From Phycisphaerae bacterium (lineage in GTDB: Bacteria; Planctomycetota; Phycisphaerae; UBA1845), in assembly GCA_963666835.2 (NCBI GenBank), contig CAXXGO010000003.1, positions 288,001 through 352,000 of the forward strand: a stretch of DNA of 64,000 nt, in the 5' to 3' direction. Below, in pieces: positions 1-9,519 of the stretch (the stretch's first letter is position 1; each line of letters opens with the position of its first letter). The notes under the pieces are model-generated. The model searched no databases. It was not told the DNA's origin and saw nothing but the letters and a program-made list of their open reading frames with translations. The position numbers and the translations under genes were made by a program.

Positions 1-1486
1 TCTGCAACGTCGTTAGCGGGATCCAGAACAGACGCCAGGTCTCGTATTGTGCGGCGATAGCCGACGCGGATCGAAGAAGGGCGACTCCGCATGAATCCGG
101 CGTGCCGAAGTGATGGTAGGCAAATCGGGCGTCGAAAGGCTCGCCGGTAGTGTGGTCGGCGCGCCATCCGCAGGCTGCCCCGAGGGCGAAGCCGTGCCAT
201 GAGCCGGCGAGTGTGTTGAAATGTCCGTGGTCACCCCAGTCCGTGTTAATCAACCCGGTGGCGCCGTGCCTCTTCCCAGCATCGGCAAACGCCGCGATAT
301 TACGCTCCGCGAGATCCATGGCGGGGATGATCCTCTTCCATCCGGATGTGCCCGGGCAGACAAAGGTCTCCAGCCCGGCCTCTACGAATCCCGCGGTCCC
401 TTCGTAGTCGGCCTGGTCGTCGTAGCCCCAGTGGAGAACCGTCGCGTCGCGCGGCAAGCGATCCAACAGGTCGGGGTAGTTGCGGACGACATCGCTCCAG
501 AACTGGGTTCGTCGGCCGTGCGATGCGCAAATGTCGTGCGTTTTGCGAAGGTGCCGAACGTATGGTCGGCCTTTGCCGGTTGAAGAGAACGCCTCTTTGT
601 TCTTGCCTTCACCGAGGTCCCAGGGTTCGTCGCCACAGATGTTCACCACCGGGCTCGAGAACGCCTGCAGTACATCGATCCACATCTGCTCGATGAGTGA
701 AAACGCCTCGGGGCTGCTGCAGTCCAGCGTCAACCCGCGCATCCGCTGAGGCCAGTCCATCCGGTCCCACGTGAGCTTGCCTTCGATCTCGGCGAGGTGG
801 CGATATCGGGGCATTGACAGAATGCGGCCCATGTGACCAATTGTTGCGAGGGCGGGGACCAGATTGATAAACCGCTCGCGGCAGTAGCGGTCCAGCTCCC
901 GGATTTCGTGGGGAGTCAGCCCGTTCCGCGAAACGCAAATCTCCGGATCGAAAGAGAAGACGAACGCGTGCTCGATATTGAGCTGGAGTTGATTGATCTT
1001 CAGAGAGGCGAGCCGGGCGGCCAGCGTTTTCAGCGTGTCGAGCTTCGGCACCTTGCCGCGGGTGACGTCATGCAGCAGCCCCCGCGTCGCGAAGTCGGGG
1101 TAGTCCGTGATTTCGCCGCACGAGACCAAGCCCTCTCCCGGTTTGGATAGCTGCGCGAGGGTCTGGATTCCGTAGAAGCACCCGGCCGCTGACCCGCCCG
1201 TAAGCTGGACCGTGCCGGGGCTGACCTTCAGGTGGTAGCCTTCCCGGTTCGGCATTGCATTACGATCGACAACCACGAACACTGTTGTCGGGCTACCGGA
1301 GCCGACGGTTGAGCCGTCCCGCTCAGACTCTCCCAGCCATCTGTGTAAGGCCGCTGTGACGCGAGAATCGGCAACGCTCGCTTCCACCCGGCAATCGGTA
1401 CCGACTTGGCAGAATCCAGTGGTGAAACGCATCTCGAGTGGTGCCGGCAGAAGGAGCTGCGACGGATCGAGTGGTGGTGCGTTCAT
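1..1486 (-). CDS. Glycoside hydrolase family 20 (beta-N-acetylhexosaminidase-like), 3' end runs off the window
   Basis: Manual translation (not in ORF track): MNAPPLDPSQLLLPAP...EGYHLKVSPGTVQLTGGSAAGCFYGIQTLAQL...DYPDFATRGLLHDVTRGKVP...NICGDEPWDLG, i.e. GH20 domain 2 plus the catalytic DE pair; frame open to position 1. Confidence 0.85.
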   Translation of the reverse strand, partial: MNAPPLDPSQLLLPAPLEMRFTTGFCQVGTDCRVEASVADSRVTAALHRWLGESERDGSTVGSGSPTTVFVVVDRNAMPNREGYHLKVSPGTVQLTGGSAAGCFYGIQTLAQLSKPGEGLVSCGEITDYPDFATRGLLHDVTRGKVPKLDTLKTLAARLASLKINQLQLNIEHAFVFSFDPEICVSRNGLTPHEIRELDRYCRERFINLVPALATIGHMGRILSMPRYRHLAEIEGKLTWDRMDWPQRMRGLTLDCSSPEAFSLIEQMWIDVLQAFSSPVVNICGDEPWDLGEGKNKEAFSSTGKGRPYVRHLRKTHDICASHGRRTQFWSDVVRNYPDLLDRLPRDATVLHWGYDDQADYEGTAGFVEAGLETFVCPGTSGWKRIIPAMDLAERNIAAFADAGKRHGATGLINTDWGDHGHFNTLAGSWHGFALGAACGWRADHTTGEPFDARFAYHHFGTPDSCGVALLRSASAIAAQYETWRLFWIPLTTLQ

Positions 1487-1657
1487 GCCCCATTTGTACC
1501 CGCTGGCGCCGTCCTGCGGAACCTGACTGCTTGTCAGTTTCCGGATGCCGCTCCCACCATCCGGAGCCGGTTCGCTTCCGTCTTGCTCGGCGGCTTGCGT
1601 ACGGGAAGGTTCCAACTAGCATGGAGCACGATCAGACGTTTGCCGATAGTCAGCGAT

Positions 1658-2656
1658 ATGAAAGAGTACCGGAGGACCGACGCACAGAACAGAAGCGGCG
1701 AAGCCGGTCCGCGCTGCCTGGCCGTCATGTACCACTATGTGCATGATTGCGAACCGATGATGTCGCACGGAGTCGGCGGGCTGTCCACCGCAGACTTCAA
1801 CCGGCAGCTCGATCAGCTTTGCAGCAGTATGGAGCCCATCGATTGGCCCTCGGTTTACGCCTGGCTGGATGGACGAGGTAGCATTCCCGAGCGTTGTTTC
1901 CTGCTCACCTTCGACGACGGACTTGCCGACCATGTCAAGGTCGTTCTTCCGATCCTTCAGCAGCGCCAGTTGCACGGCGTGTTCTTCGTTCCCGGTCGGG
2001 TGTTGACCCACGGGGGGATGTTGCCGGCCCACGCGATTCACTTACTTCTCTCCACCCTCGGGGAGGAACAACTGCGGGGCGAGCTCCTGGCCTACCTGCG
2101 CACCCATGCGCCGGATACGGATTGGGCGACGACGCTGGAAGCCGAGGCCGCAGAGGTGATGTACCACTATGAGTCCAAGGCTCGCGCTCAACTGAAGTAT
2201 CTTCTGACGATGACGCTTCCACTCGCCCTGCGCCGGGCGGCAGTTGAGAGTCTGTTTACCCGGCATGTAGGATCGCTAACGCGCTGGGGCCGATCGTGGT
2301 ACATGGGCTGGGACGACGTGATGGAGCTGGAGACATTGGGCCACACGATCGGCGCACACGGGCAGAGCCACGAACCTTATGCCCGGCTTACGGCGTCTGA
2401 GTTCTGTGAAGACATCTATCGCGTTGCCGCGGTCTTGAAAGCGGGGATTGGTGCAGGGATCCGGCCGTTCTCCTACCCGTACGGAAGCTTCGACGAAGAG
2501 GCTATGAAAACGTGTCGCGGGGTGGGGTTTGCCCACGCATTCACAACGGAACGCAACTGGATCACGGCCGATTGCGATGTCATGCGAATCCCGCGAGTCG
2601 ATACTATCGACGTAGGCAAGGTACTGCAGGAGAAGTCGACATGCCTTCAGGCATAG
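1658..2656 (+). CDS. Polysaccharide deacetylase (NodB/CE4-like)
   Basis: VMYHYV, LTFDDG, IGAHGQSH, FSYPYG motifs; start moved to ATG 1658 because the ORF-track start overlaps the GH20 gene. Confidence 0.85.
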   Translation: MKEYRRTDAQNRSGEAGPRCLAVMYHYVHDCEPMMSHGVGGLSTADFNRQLDQLCSSMEPIDWPSVYAWLDGRGSIPERCFLLTFDDGLADHVKVVLPILQQRQLHGVFFVPGRVLTHGGMLPAHAIHLLLSTLGEEQLRGELLAYLRTHAPDTDWATTLEAEAAEVMYHYESKARAQLKYLLTMTLPLALRRAAVESLFTRHVGSLTRWGRSWYMGWDDVMELETLGHTIGAHGQSHEPYARLTASEFCEDIYRVAAVLKAGIGAGIRPFSYPYGSFDEEAMKTCRGVGFAHAFTTERNWITADCDVMRIPRVDTIDVGKVLQEKSTCLQA

Positions 2657-3594
2657 CCAGGGAAGGTGAATCCGCCACGCTGCTCAAGCGCTTTCTGCAG
2701 GCCTACTGGCTGCGCCCGGAGAATGCCTTCTGGATGACACTTCGCAGCCGGGTGTTGGCCGATCACCTGCGAAAGCCGCCGGCGATAGACCTAAGCTGCG
2801 GGGACGGCGTCTTCACTTTTCTGCACCTTGGCGGCGTCTTCGACGAACGGTTCGACGTCTTCTCGGCCACCGCAGGCCTGGACGAAGTCCGGGACCGGCA
2901 TCGCGACATGTTCGATTACGTCGATGATACATACCACCCGGTAATTCAGAAGCGTCCCGATACTATGTTGGCCGTCGGGGCGGATCTGAAACCCGCTCTG
3001 CTCGCCAAGGCCGAGCGGCTTTCCGTCTACGAGCGGCTGGTCCGAAACGACAACAATGAGACCCTGCCGTTCGAGGACGGCGAGTTTCAAACGGTGTACT
3101 GCAACGCCGCATACTGGGCTGAGAACATCACCGGTTTTCTCAGCGAACTGAAACGGATCGTGCAACCGGCGGGGCGGGTGATTCTTCAGGTCAAGTTGGC
3201 CGACGTCCGCAACTACACTCTCGAACAGTATCGTTCGGTGCTCGGTGACCGCTTCCTGGATCTGCTCGGTCGTGGCCGTGTGGAATGCTGGCCGAGCTTG
3301 GCGGATCGCGTCACCTGGGAATCGCGGTTTGCTGCTGCCGGCTTGTCTGTTATCGAAGAGACGCCGTTTGTAACCAGTACCCACGCCCACATTTGGGACG
3401 TCGGACTCCGGCCCATTGCGCCGCTGCTGGTCAAGATGGCCAACGCTCTCACCGCGGATACGCGGGCATCGATAAAGGCCGATTGGGTGGATCTGTTCTG
3501 CGATCTACTCGCGCCGATCTGCAATCCGGAGCTGCGGTTGCTTCCCAAGAAGGGGGAACCGGCCGAGATCCAGTACGTGCTGAAGCGCGCTTGA
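2641..3594 (+). CDS. Class I SAM-dependent methyltransferase-like protein
   Basis: IDLSCGDG motif I and LPFEDGEFQTVYCN motif; overlaps the deacetylase stop. Confidence 0.7.
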   Translation: MPSGIAREGESATLLKRFLQAYWLRPENAFWMTLRSRVLADHLRKPPAIDLSCGDGVFTFLHLGGVFDERFDVFSATAGLDEVRDRHRDMFDYVDDTYHPVIQKRPDTMLAVGADLKPALLAKAERLSVYERLVRNDNNETLPFEDGEFQTVYCNAAYWAENITGFLSELKRIVQPAGRVILQVKLADVRNYTLEQYRSVLGDRFLDLLGRGRVECWPSLADRVTWESRFAAAGLSVIEETPFVTSTHAHIWDVGLRPIAPLLVKMANALTADTRASIKADWVDLFCDLLAPICNPELRLLPKKGEPAEIQYVLKRA

Positions 3595-3723
3595 CGAGGC
3601 CGACGGTTTCGCAACGGCCAATGCTACGTCAGACCTGGGTTCTCGGGTGTGCCACTGCTCTTGAGCAGTGCAGAGACGGGGCATAGTGCGGATTGAACCA
3701 AGACCTTTTCGTTTAACATAGCA

Positions 3724-4902
3724 CTAGGACGCCGTGGAAACCCTGAGTTGCCCGGCAGTAGCGGCCTGTGAGGTAGCTCGTTCCGGAGAACGTTGCGTTA
3801 CGCAAACGGTGTCATAAAGCGCCAGCAAGTCGCTGCGGAGACGGTCCATACTGAATCGGGATTTCGCAAGGGCGCGAGCGAACCGCGAATACGCAGCGCG
3901 CAGAGACGTGTCTGTAGCTACTCTCCGGAGAGCGCCGGCCAACTTTGCCGGTTCCTTCGGCGGGACAAGAAGCCCCTCGCGTCCGTTGGTGACCACTTCC
4001 GGCACGGCCCCGACCCGCGTTGCTACGACGGGAAGACCATGCGAAAGAGCTTCGAGCAGCGAGATCGGCATGCCCTCGTGGTGGCTCGGCTGGACGTAGA
4101 AGTCGGCCCACTCCAACAGTTTCGTCTTCTCTTCTCCGCGAACGGAGCCCACGTAGCGTACGATTCCCTCCAGATCACTGTCGCATATTTTCTTATCGAG
4201 CACGGCCGCATCTCCGGCGGTTCCCGGTGGGCCTGCCAACACCAATTCGAAGTCGACCCCGCCGGTGTGGAGGCGACGGCACGCTTCCAGCAGATCATCG
4301 ATACCCTTCCAGGCATCCATGCGGGCGAGCAGCAGCAGCCGGCACGGACCGTCGTGTTGCTTACTGGCCGGCGAGCACGGCAGGGGAACGGCATTCTCAA
4401 CAACCGTGATCTTGGCGTTAGGGGACATCTGCAGCAGCTTCTGCTGCCACCAATCGGACAGAGCGATAACCCGGTCCGCTCTCTGCAACGCCCGGCGGAT
4501 CAGGCGTCTCTTGAGCATCCCCGCGCCGGCAAAGAACTCGTCGAAGGTCGCTCCGTGAATGTGCAACACCACTCGACACCCCGCGCGCCGGGCCGTGCTC
4601 ATGTCGGCCAGCGAACGGAAGAAGGAGAAACCACTGCAAGTGTGCAGATGGACGATACCGACCTGCTTGTCGCGTATCGTATCTGCCAGTAGCTTCAGGT
4701 GTCGCATGTGACGCCGGGCGCGACGGAGAAGAGACTCCGGCTCCTCTGGGGCGAACGTCGCAGCCAGGAAAGCCGTGCGATACCGTTTGTCGAAATCAAG
4801 CCCCTGGATCTGCTGCGCTACTTCGGCCATTCCACCCACGATTGTGGGCGGCGGGCCAACGTGGAGGACCGTCGTCGTCGCTACTTCATTCTCGTTGGGC
4901 AT
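3724..4902 (-). CDS. Glycosyltransferase family 4
   Basis: GGM near N-terminus, KGIDDLL, PSHHEGMPISLLEALSHGLPVVATRVG. Confidence 0.92.
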   Translation of the reverse strand: MPNENEVATTTVLHVGPPPTIVGGMAEVAQQIQGLDFDKRYRTAFLAATFAPEEPESLLRRARRHMRHLKLLADTIRDKQVGIVHLHTCSGFSFFRSLADMSTARRAGCRVVLHIHGATFDEFFAGAGMLKRRLIRRALQRADRVIALSDWWQQKLLQMSPNAKITVVENAVPLPCSPASKQHDGPCRLLLLARMDAWKGIDDLLEACRRLHTGGVDFELVLAGPPGTAGDAAVLDKKICDSDLEGIVRYVGSVRGEEKTKLLEWADFYVQPSHHEGMPISLLEALSHGLPVVATRVGAVPEVVTNGREGLLVPPKEPAKLAGALRRVATDTSLRAAYSRFARALAKSRFSMDRLRSDLLALYDTVCVTQRSPERATSQAATAGQLRVSTAS

Positions 4903-5090
4903 GAGTGTTCAATCCCATCATGCACTGCGTTTATCGGGGATGCTTCCGGTTCTTCGGCTTACCGGACTGGTGGATTTAGCCGATAACGCGCCCCATTTGC
5001 GGTGCGCGAGAACCGGGGCTCGCGAGGGCTGCACGGCCGGTTTGAGCATACGAGAGGAGGATTGCGGACCGTCGGTCCGATATTTGTTCA

Positions 5091-6959
5091 ATGTCCGTTG
5101 GCCCATTTCTTCTTCTGTGGGGGGCGACACTCTGGGCGGTAAGCCCGCCCGTTGCGCGCGATAGCCCCGCGCCGGTGCGCTTCGTCGACGATGATGCCGG
5201 CGGGGCGAACGATGGAACGAGCTGGGAAGATGCGTTCACCGACCTTCAGGAGGCTCTGACCCGCGCCGAACCCGGATCACAGGTATGGGTGGCAGCGGGC
5301 GTGTATCGAGCGGGCGCGGATCGGACCGCAACCTTCGAACTCCGTGATGGCGTTGGGGTATTCGGGGGGTTCGCCGGGACTGAGGATCCCGAGTCCTTCC
5401 GACTGAGCGACCGCGATACGGCGGCTAACGAGACGGTGCTGCAGGGTGGGTTGATCGGAGGGGAGGCGAGCTACCACGTGGTCACTGCGGCCGGTGTCAA
5501 TTCCACGGCCACCCTGGATGGTTTCACGGTAACCGGCGGTCGCGCCGACGGGGCAAGTGCGTTTCGGCAGGATGTGGGCGGAGGCCTGTTGATCGGCGAC
5601 GCATCTCCGCGGATCGTCAACTGCACCTTCACCGCAAATGAGGCTGCCTGGGGAGGCGGCGCGTACATTGCCGGCGGAGCGCCCACTCTGCTCCATTGCC
5701 GGTTCGTTGGTAACCGTTCGATTGCATGCCAGCCATCGAATCCGCTTGCGAACCGCGGGGGCGCGGTCTACAGCACGGCGGGGGTAGACAGTGCCGCCCG
5801 CCCGGCATTTTACGGGTGCCTGTTTGTTGGAAACTCCGCCGGCGTCGGTTGTGGCGGACGCGGCGGAGCTATCTTCAACGAGGGGGCCGGCCATGTCAGG
5901 CTGTCCGGCTGCACGGTGACCGGCAATAGCGCGGACGACGACGGCGGCGGGATTGCGCTGATCAGCGGCTCCGTAAGTCTGTCAAACTCTGTCGTCTGGG
6001 GTAACCGCGACTCCGGTGGCGCGAATCGTTCGGCGCAGATCTTCGGCGCAGTGGCTGCGGAGTACACTTGCGTACAGGGTGGTTACCCGGGGACGGGGAA
6101 CATCACCGAGGATCCCCGGTTCACGGACGATAAGGGTCCGGACGGGATTCTCGGAACGGCCGATGATGACCTTCGTTTGGCCCCGGGGTCGCCATGTATA
6201 GACGCAGGTAACAACGCCCGCGTGCCGACGGACGAGACCGACCTGGATACTGACGGTAATACCGGTGAATCCCTCCCGTTAGATCTGGCAGGTGCCGCTC
6301 GGTTTGTTGACGATCCCGTCCGAGCGGATACCGGAACGGGGTCTCCCCCGATTGTGGATCTGGGAGCCTTCGAGTATCAGGCGGAGTGCCTGCTGCCGGC
6401 GGATTGCGACGACCAACTGAGCTGCAACGGCATCGAGGATTGCGTGGCCGGAACGTGTGTGCCGGGCGTTCCAGTTTCTTGCGATGACGGGGTGGAGTGC
6501 ACCGACGATGTTTGCGACGAGGGAACTGACGCCTGCGTGTTCACACCCAACGATGCCCTGTGCGACAATGGTGCATTCTGCGACGGGGCGGAGGTCTGCA
6601 ATTTGTCGGCCGGTTGTGTGGACGGGCCGGCCCCCGATTGCGATGACGGCAATCCGGATACCATCGATTCGTGTGACGAGGACACCGATATGTGCGTCAA
6701 CACGGTGGAGTGCATGCTCTACGACATGAACGGGGACGGCTTCCTGAGCATCGTCGGCGACGTCGGGACGTTCGTGCGGGTGGTATACGCCGGTGACTAC
6801 GAATGGTACGAGCAGCAGTTTCCGGGGAGAGATCCGATCTGTCGAGGCGACTGCAACTGCGATGGTGTCCTGAGCATCGCCGGTGACACCGCATGTTTCA
6901 CAAACTGCGTCTACTTCGGAGAATGTCCGGAGTGTGCCGATTGGTTCGACGCCCCGTAA
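5091..6959 (+). CDS. Secreted right-handed beta-helix protein with Cys-rich repeats and C-terminal dockerin-like domain
   Basis: Signal peptide; [19 protein letters not shown]/FxxN beta-helix repeats, SPCIDAG...DLGAFE; 2 Cys-rich units; DMNGDG/DCNCDG Ca-loop pair. Confidence 0.75.
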   Translation: MSVGPFLLLWGATLWAVSPPVARDSPAPVRFVDDDAGGANDGTSWEDAFTDLQEALTRAEPGSQVWVAAGVYRAGADRTATFELRDGVGVFGGFAGTEDPESFRLSDRDTAANETVLQGGLIGGEASYHVVTAAGVNSTATLDGFTVTGGRADGASAFRQDVGGGLLIGDASPRIVNCTFTANEAAWGGGAYIAGGAPTLLHCRFVGNRSIACQPSNPLANRGGAVYSTAGVDSAARPAFYGCLFVGNSAGVGCGGRGGAIFNEGAGHVRLSGCTVTGNSADDDGGGIALISGSVSLSNSVVWGNRDSGGANRSAQIFGAVAAEYTCVQGGYPGTGNITEDPRFTDDKGPDGILGTADDDLRLAPGSPCIDAGNNARVPTDETDLDTDGNTGESLPLDLAGAARFVDDPVRADTGTGSPPIVDLGAFEYQAECLLPADCDDQLSCNGIEDCVAGTCVPGVPVSCDDGVECTDDVCDEGTDACVFTPNDALCDNGAFCDGAEVCNLSAGCVDGPAPDCDDGNPDTIDSCDEDTDMCVNTVECMLYDMNGDGFLSIVGDVGTFVRVVYAGDYEWYEQQFPGRDPICRGDCNCDGVLSIAGDTACFTNCVYFGECPECADWFDAP

Positions 6960-7142
6960 CGGCCTCGCCGGGGCATGATCGCCGCGACCTTTCTGCGCGA
7001 TTAGTTCGGTCGAACTTGCATCAGGCAAGGGAGAACCCGCCGGTTCGATCGCGGGGCGCCTGCACGGCTTCCTCCACGAGGCGCTACGGCATTCCACTTC
7101 TTCGGGAGGAGAAATAGCCCACGTAAGTCCGATATCGTTGAC

Positions 7143-9467
7143 ATGTCCAGGGGGTTCGGAGCAGATCGGCGTGTTCTTGTATTGGGCGTGCTGCTATTGG
7201 CGGCAGGTCTGTCGCGCGCCGAGCCTGTGATCTTCGTCGACGCCGAAGCTGCCGGGGGTGCGAATAACGGCGCAAGCTGGTGCGCGGCGTTCGTGGACCT
7301 TCAGGATGCTCTGCGTACAGCGGACGCAGCCGGTGGCGGGGTAATCGAAATCCGGGTCGCACAGGGGGTGTATCAACCGGACCTCGGCTTCGACCACACC
7401 CCGGGCGATCGCGAAGCATCGTTTGAGCTTATGAACGGTGTTGCACTTCGTGGAGGCTTCGCCGGGTGCGGCGCTGTCGACCCTGACGCGCGCGACGTTG
7501 CCTTGTACGAAACCGTGCTTAGCGGAGACTTGGCCGGCGACGATGACACCACGCTGGCCAGCAAAGCCGAAAACAGTTTCCACGTGGTTTCCGCCAACGA
7601 CGTGGATCGGACCGCGGTTCTCGATGGCTTCACCGTAACCGCCGGCAACGCCGACGGAGCCCATCCTCATTTCAGCGGCGGAGGCATGTACAACGTCGTC
7701 AGCGATCCTACAGTGGTCGACTGCACTTTTGCGCAGAACGCGGCCTCTTACGGCGGCGGGATATACAACCTCACGAGCAGCCCTGCGATTGTCGGGTGTG
7801 TTTTCCTGGGGAATATGACCACTCACGGCGGCGGAATGTGCAATCTGCTAAGCAGTGTGCCGGTGGTCACGCGATGCACCTTCATTGGGAATTCAGCTTC
7901 GTATGGTGGCGCGGTTTATCTCGACACCGGCAGCCCCGCCTTCCATGATTGCGATTTCCGCGGCAATCAGGCGATTCAGGGTGGGGCGGTCTTCAACGAC
8001 CATGCTGATCCGATGTTCACAGGTTGCCTGTATGTCGGCAATACCAGCTCGACAAGTGGAGGAGGGCTCTTCAATTACCGCGACGCCGGCGCCGAGTTTT
8101 TGGATTGCACCTTCGCAGCCAACATCGCGCCGAAAGGCACAGCGGTGGCGTGCGATTCCTGGCGGCAACTTTTCCCGGGAAGTCTGACGGTAACCAACAG
8201 CGTCCTGTGGGACGGCGGAAACGAAATCTGGAACAACGATGGATCATTGGTTGCCGTTTCCTTCAGCGACGTTCAAGGCGGCTGGCCGGGGAACGGCAAC
8301 ATCGACGCTGATCCCCGTTTTCTCGACGTGGACGGCGAGGACGACATTCTCGGCAACGCGGACGACAATGCGAGATTCGCGCCCGGCTCTCCGGCGATCG
8401 ATGCCGGTGATAATACCCGAGTGCCGGCGGACTTAGCCGACCAGGACGGTGACGGCGATACGAACGAACGGCTTCCTTTGGATCTCGACGGTAACCCGCG
8501 GTACATCGACAGTCTGGCCGTCTCGGATAGCGGGAGTGGGCTGTCGCCCCTTGTAGATCTCGGCGCCTATGAATACCAGGCAGTCTGCGACGAGGACGCG
8601 AATTGCACCGACGGGGTTTTCTGCAATGGGGCTGAGCTGTGTATTGACGGCGATTGCCAACCAAATGTCCCGGTTGATTGCGACGACGGGTTCTCTTGCA
8701 CATCTGATACGTGCGATGAAGAGAACGATGTCTGCGTACACATCCCCGACGACGGTTTGTGTGACAATCACCTCTACTGTGACGGCATCGAAGTCTGCGA
8801 CACCCATGCGGGTTGTGTTGACGGCGAAGATCCCGATTGCGGCGATGGAATAAGCTGCACCGTGGATACGTGCCAAGAGGATACGGATACTTGTCGCCAC
8901 GTTCCCGACGATACCTTGTGTGATAACGGCCTGTTTTGTGACGGCGTCGAATCGTGCGATGTCGAGCGTGATTGCATTGGCGGGGTGAGTGTCAATTGTG
9001 ACGATGGGGTCGACTGCACTGTGGATGTCTGCGATGAGGAGAACGACGCTTGCAGCTATGCTCCCGATGATGACAGTTGCGACAATGGTCTGTTCTGTGA
9101 CGGCAGCGAGGTATGCGACGCCTTGGCGGGCTGCATCGATGGAGCGGACCCGGATTGCGACGACGGGAATCCCTATACCGAAGATAGCTGCGATGAAGAC
9201 GCCGACGTTTGCGTCCACACAGAGGTTTGCCTTCTTTTCGATATGAACGGGGACGGCTATCTCAGCATAGTCGGGGATGTCGAACCGTTCTTTCGAGTCG
9301 TCTACTTCCGTGAATACGATTGGTATGAGCACGAGTATCCCGGTCGGGATCCGCTATGTGCGGGTGACTGTAATTGTGACGGAACCTTGAGCGTGAGCGG
9401 GGATACACCGTGCTTCACAGACTGCGTGTACTTCGGTGAGTGTATGGACTGTCGGATTGAGCCTTGA
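7143..9467 (+). CDS. Paralogous secreted beta-helix protein with 4 Cys-rich repeats and dockerin-like C-terminus
   Basis: Same architecture as 5091-6959 (NGASWCAAFVDLQDAL, SPAIDAG...DLGAYE, DMNGDGYLSIVGD...GDCNCDG). Confidence 0.75.
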   Translation: MSRGFGADRRVLVLGVLLLAAGLSRAEPVIFVDAEAAGGANNGASWCAAFVDLQDALRTADAAGGGVIEIRVAQGVYQPDLGFDHTPGDREASFELMNGVALRGGFAGCGAVDPDARDVALYETVLSGDLAGDDDTTLASKAENSFHVVSANDVDRTAVLDGFTVTAGNADGAHPHFSGGGMYNVVSDPTVVDCTFAQNAASYGGGIYNLTSSPAIVGCVFLGNMTTHGGGMCNLLSSVPVVTRCTFIGNSASYGGAVYLDTGSPAFHDCDFRGNQAIQGGAVFNDHADPMFTGCLYVGNTSSTSGGGLFNYRDAGAEFLDCTFAANIAPKGTAVACDSWRQLFPGSLTVTNSVLWDGGNEIWNNDGSLVAVSFSDVQGGWPGNGNIDADPRFLDVDGEDDILGNADDNARFAPGSPAIDAGDNTRVPADLADQDGDGDTNERLPLDLDGNPRYIDSLAVSDSGSGLSPLVDLGAYEYQAVCDEDANCTDGVFCNGAELCIDGDCQPNVPVDCDDGFSCTSDTCDEENDVCVHIPDDGLCDNHLYCDGIEVCDTHAGCVDGEDPDCGDGISCTVDTCQEDTDTCRHVPDDTLCDNGLFCDGVESCDVERDCIGGVSVNCDDGVDCTVDVCDEENDACSYAPDDDSCDNGLFCDGSEVCDALAGCIDGADPDCDDGNPYTEDSCDEDADVCVHTEVCLLFDMNGDGYLSIVGDVEPFFRVVYFREYDWYEHEYPGRDPLCAGDCNCDGTLSVSGDTPCFTDCVYFGECMDCRIEP
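8600..9230 (+). repeat. Four ~53-aa (~159 bp) Cys/Asp-rich coding repeats
   Basis: Unit CDNGLFCDGxExC...CDDGxxCTxDxCDExxDxCxHxPDD repeated 4 times; approximate boundaries. Confidence 0.8.
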
Positions 9468-9519
9468 ACCAACGGGCAGCCCTGGACGAGTGGTTGCGAG
9501 ATCTACGAGGGAATAGACT

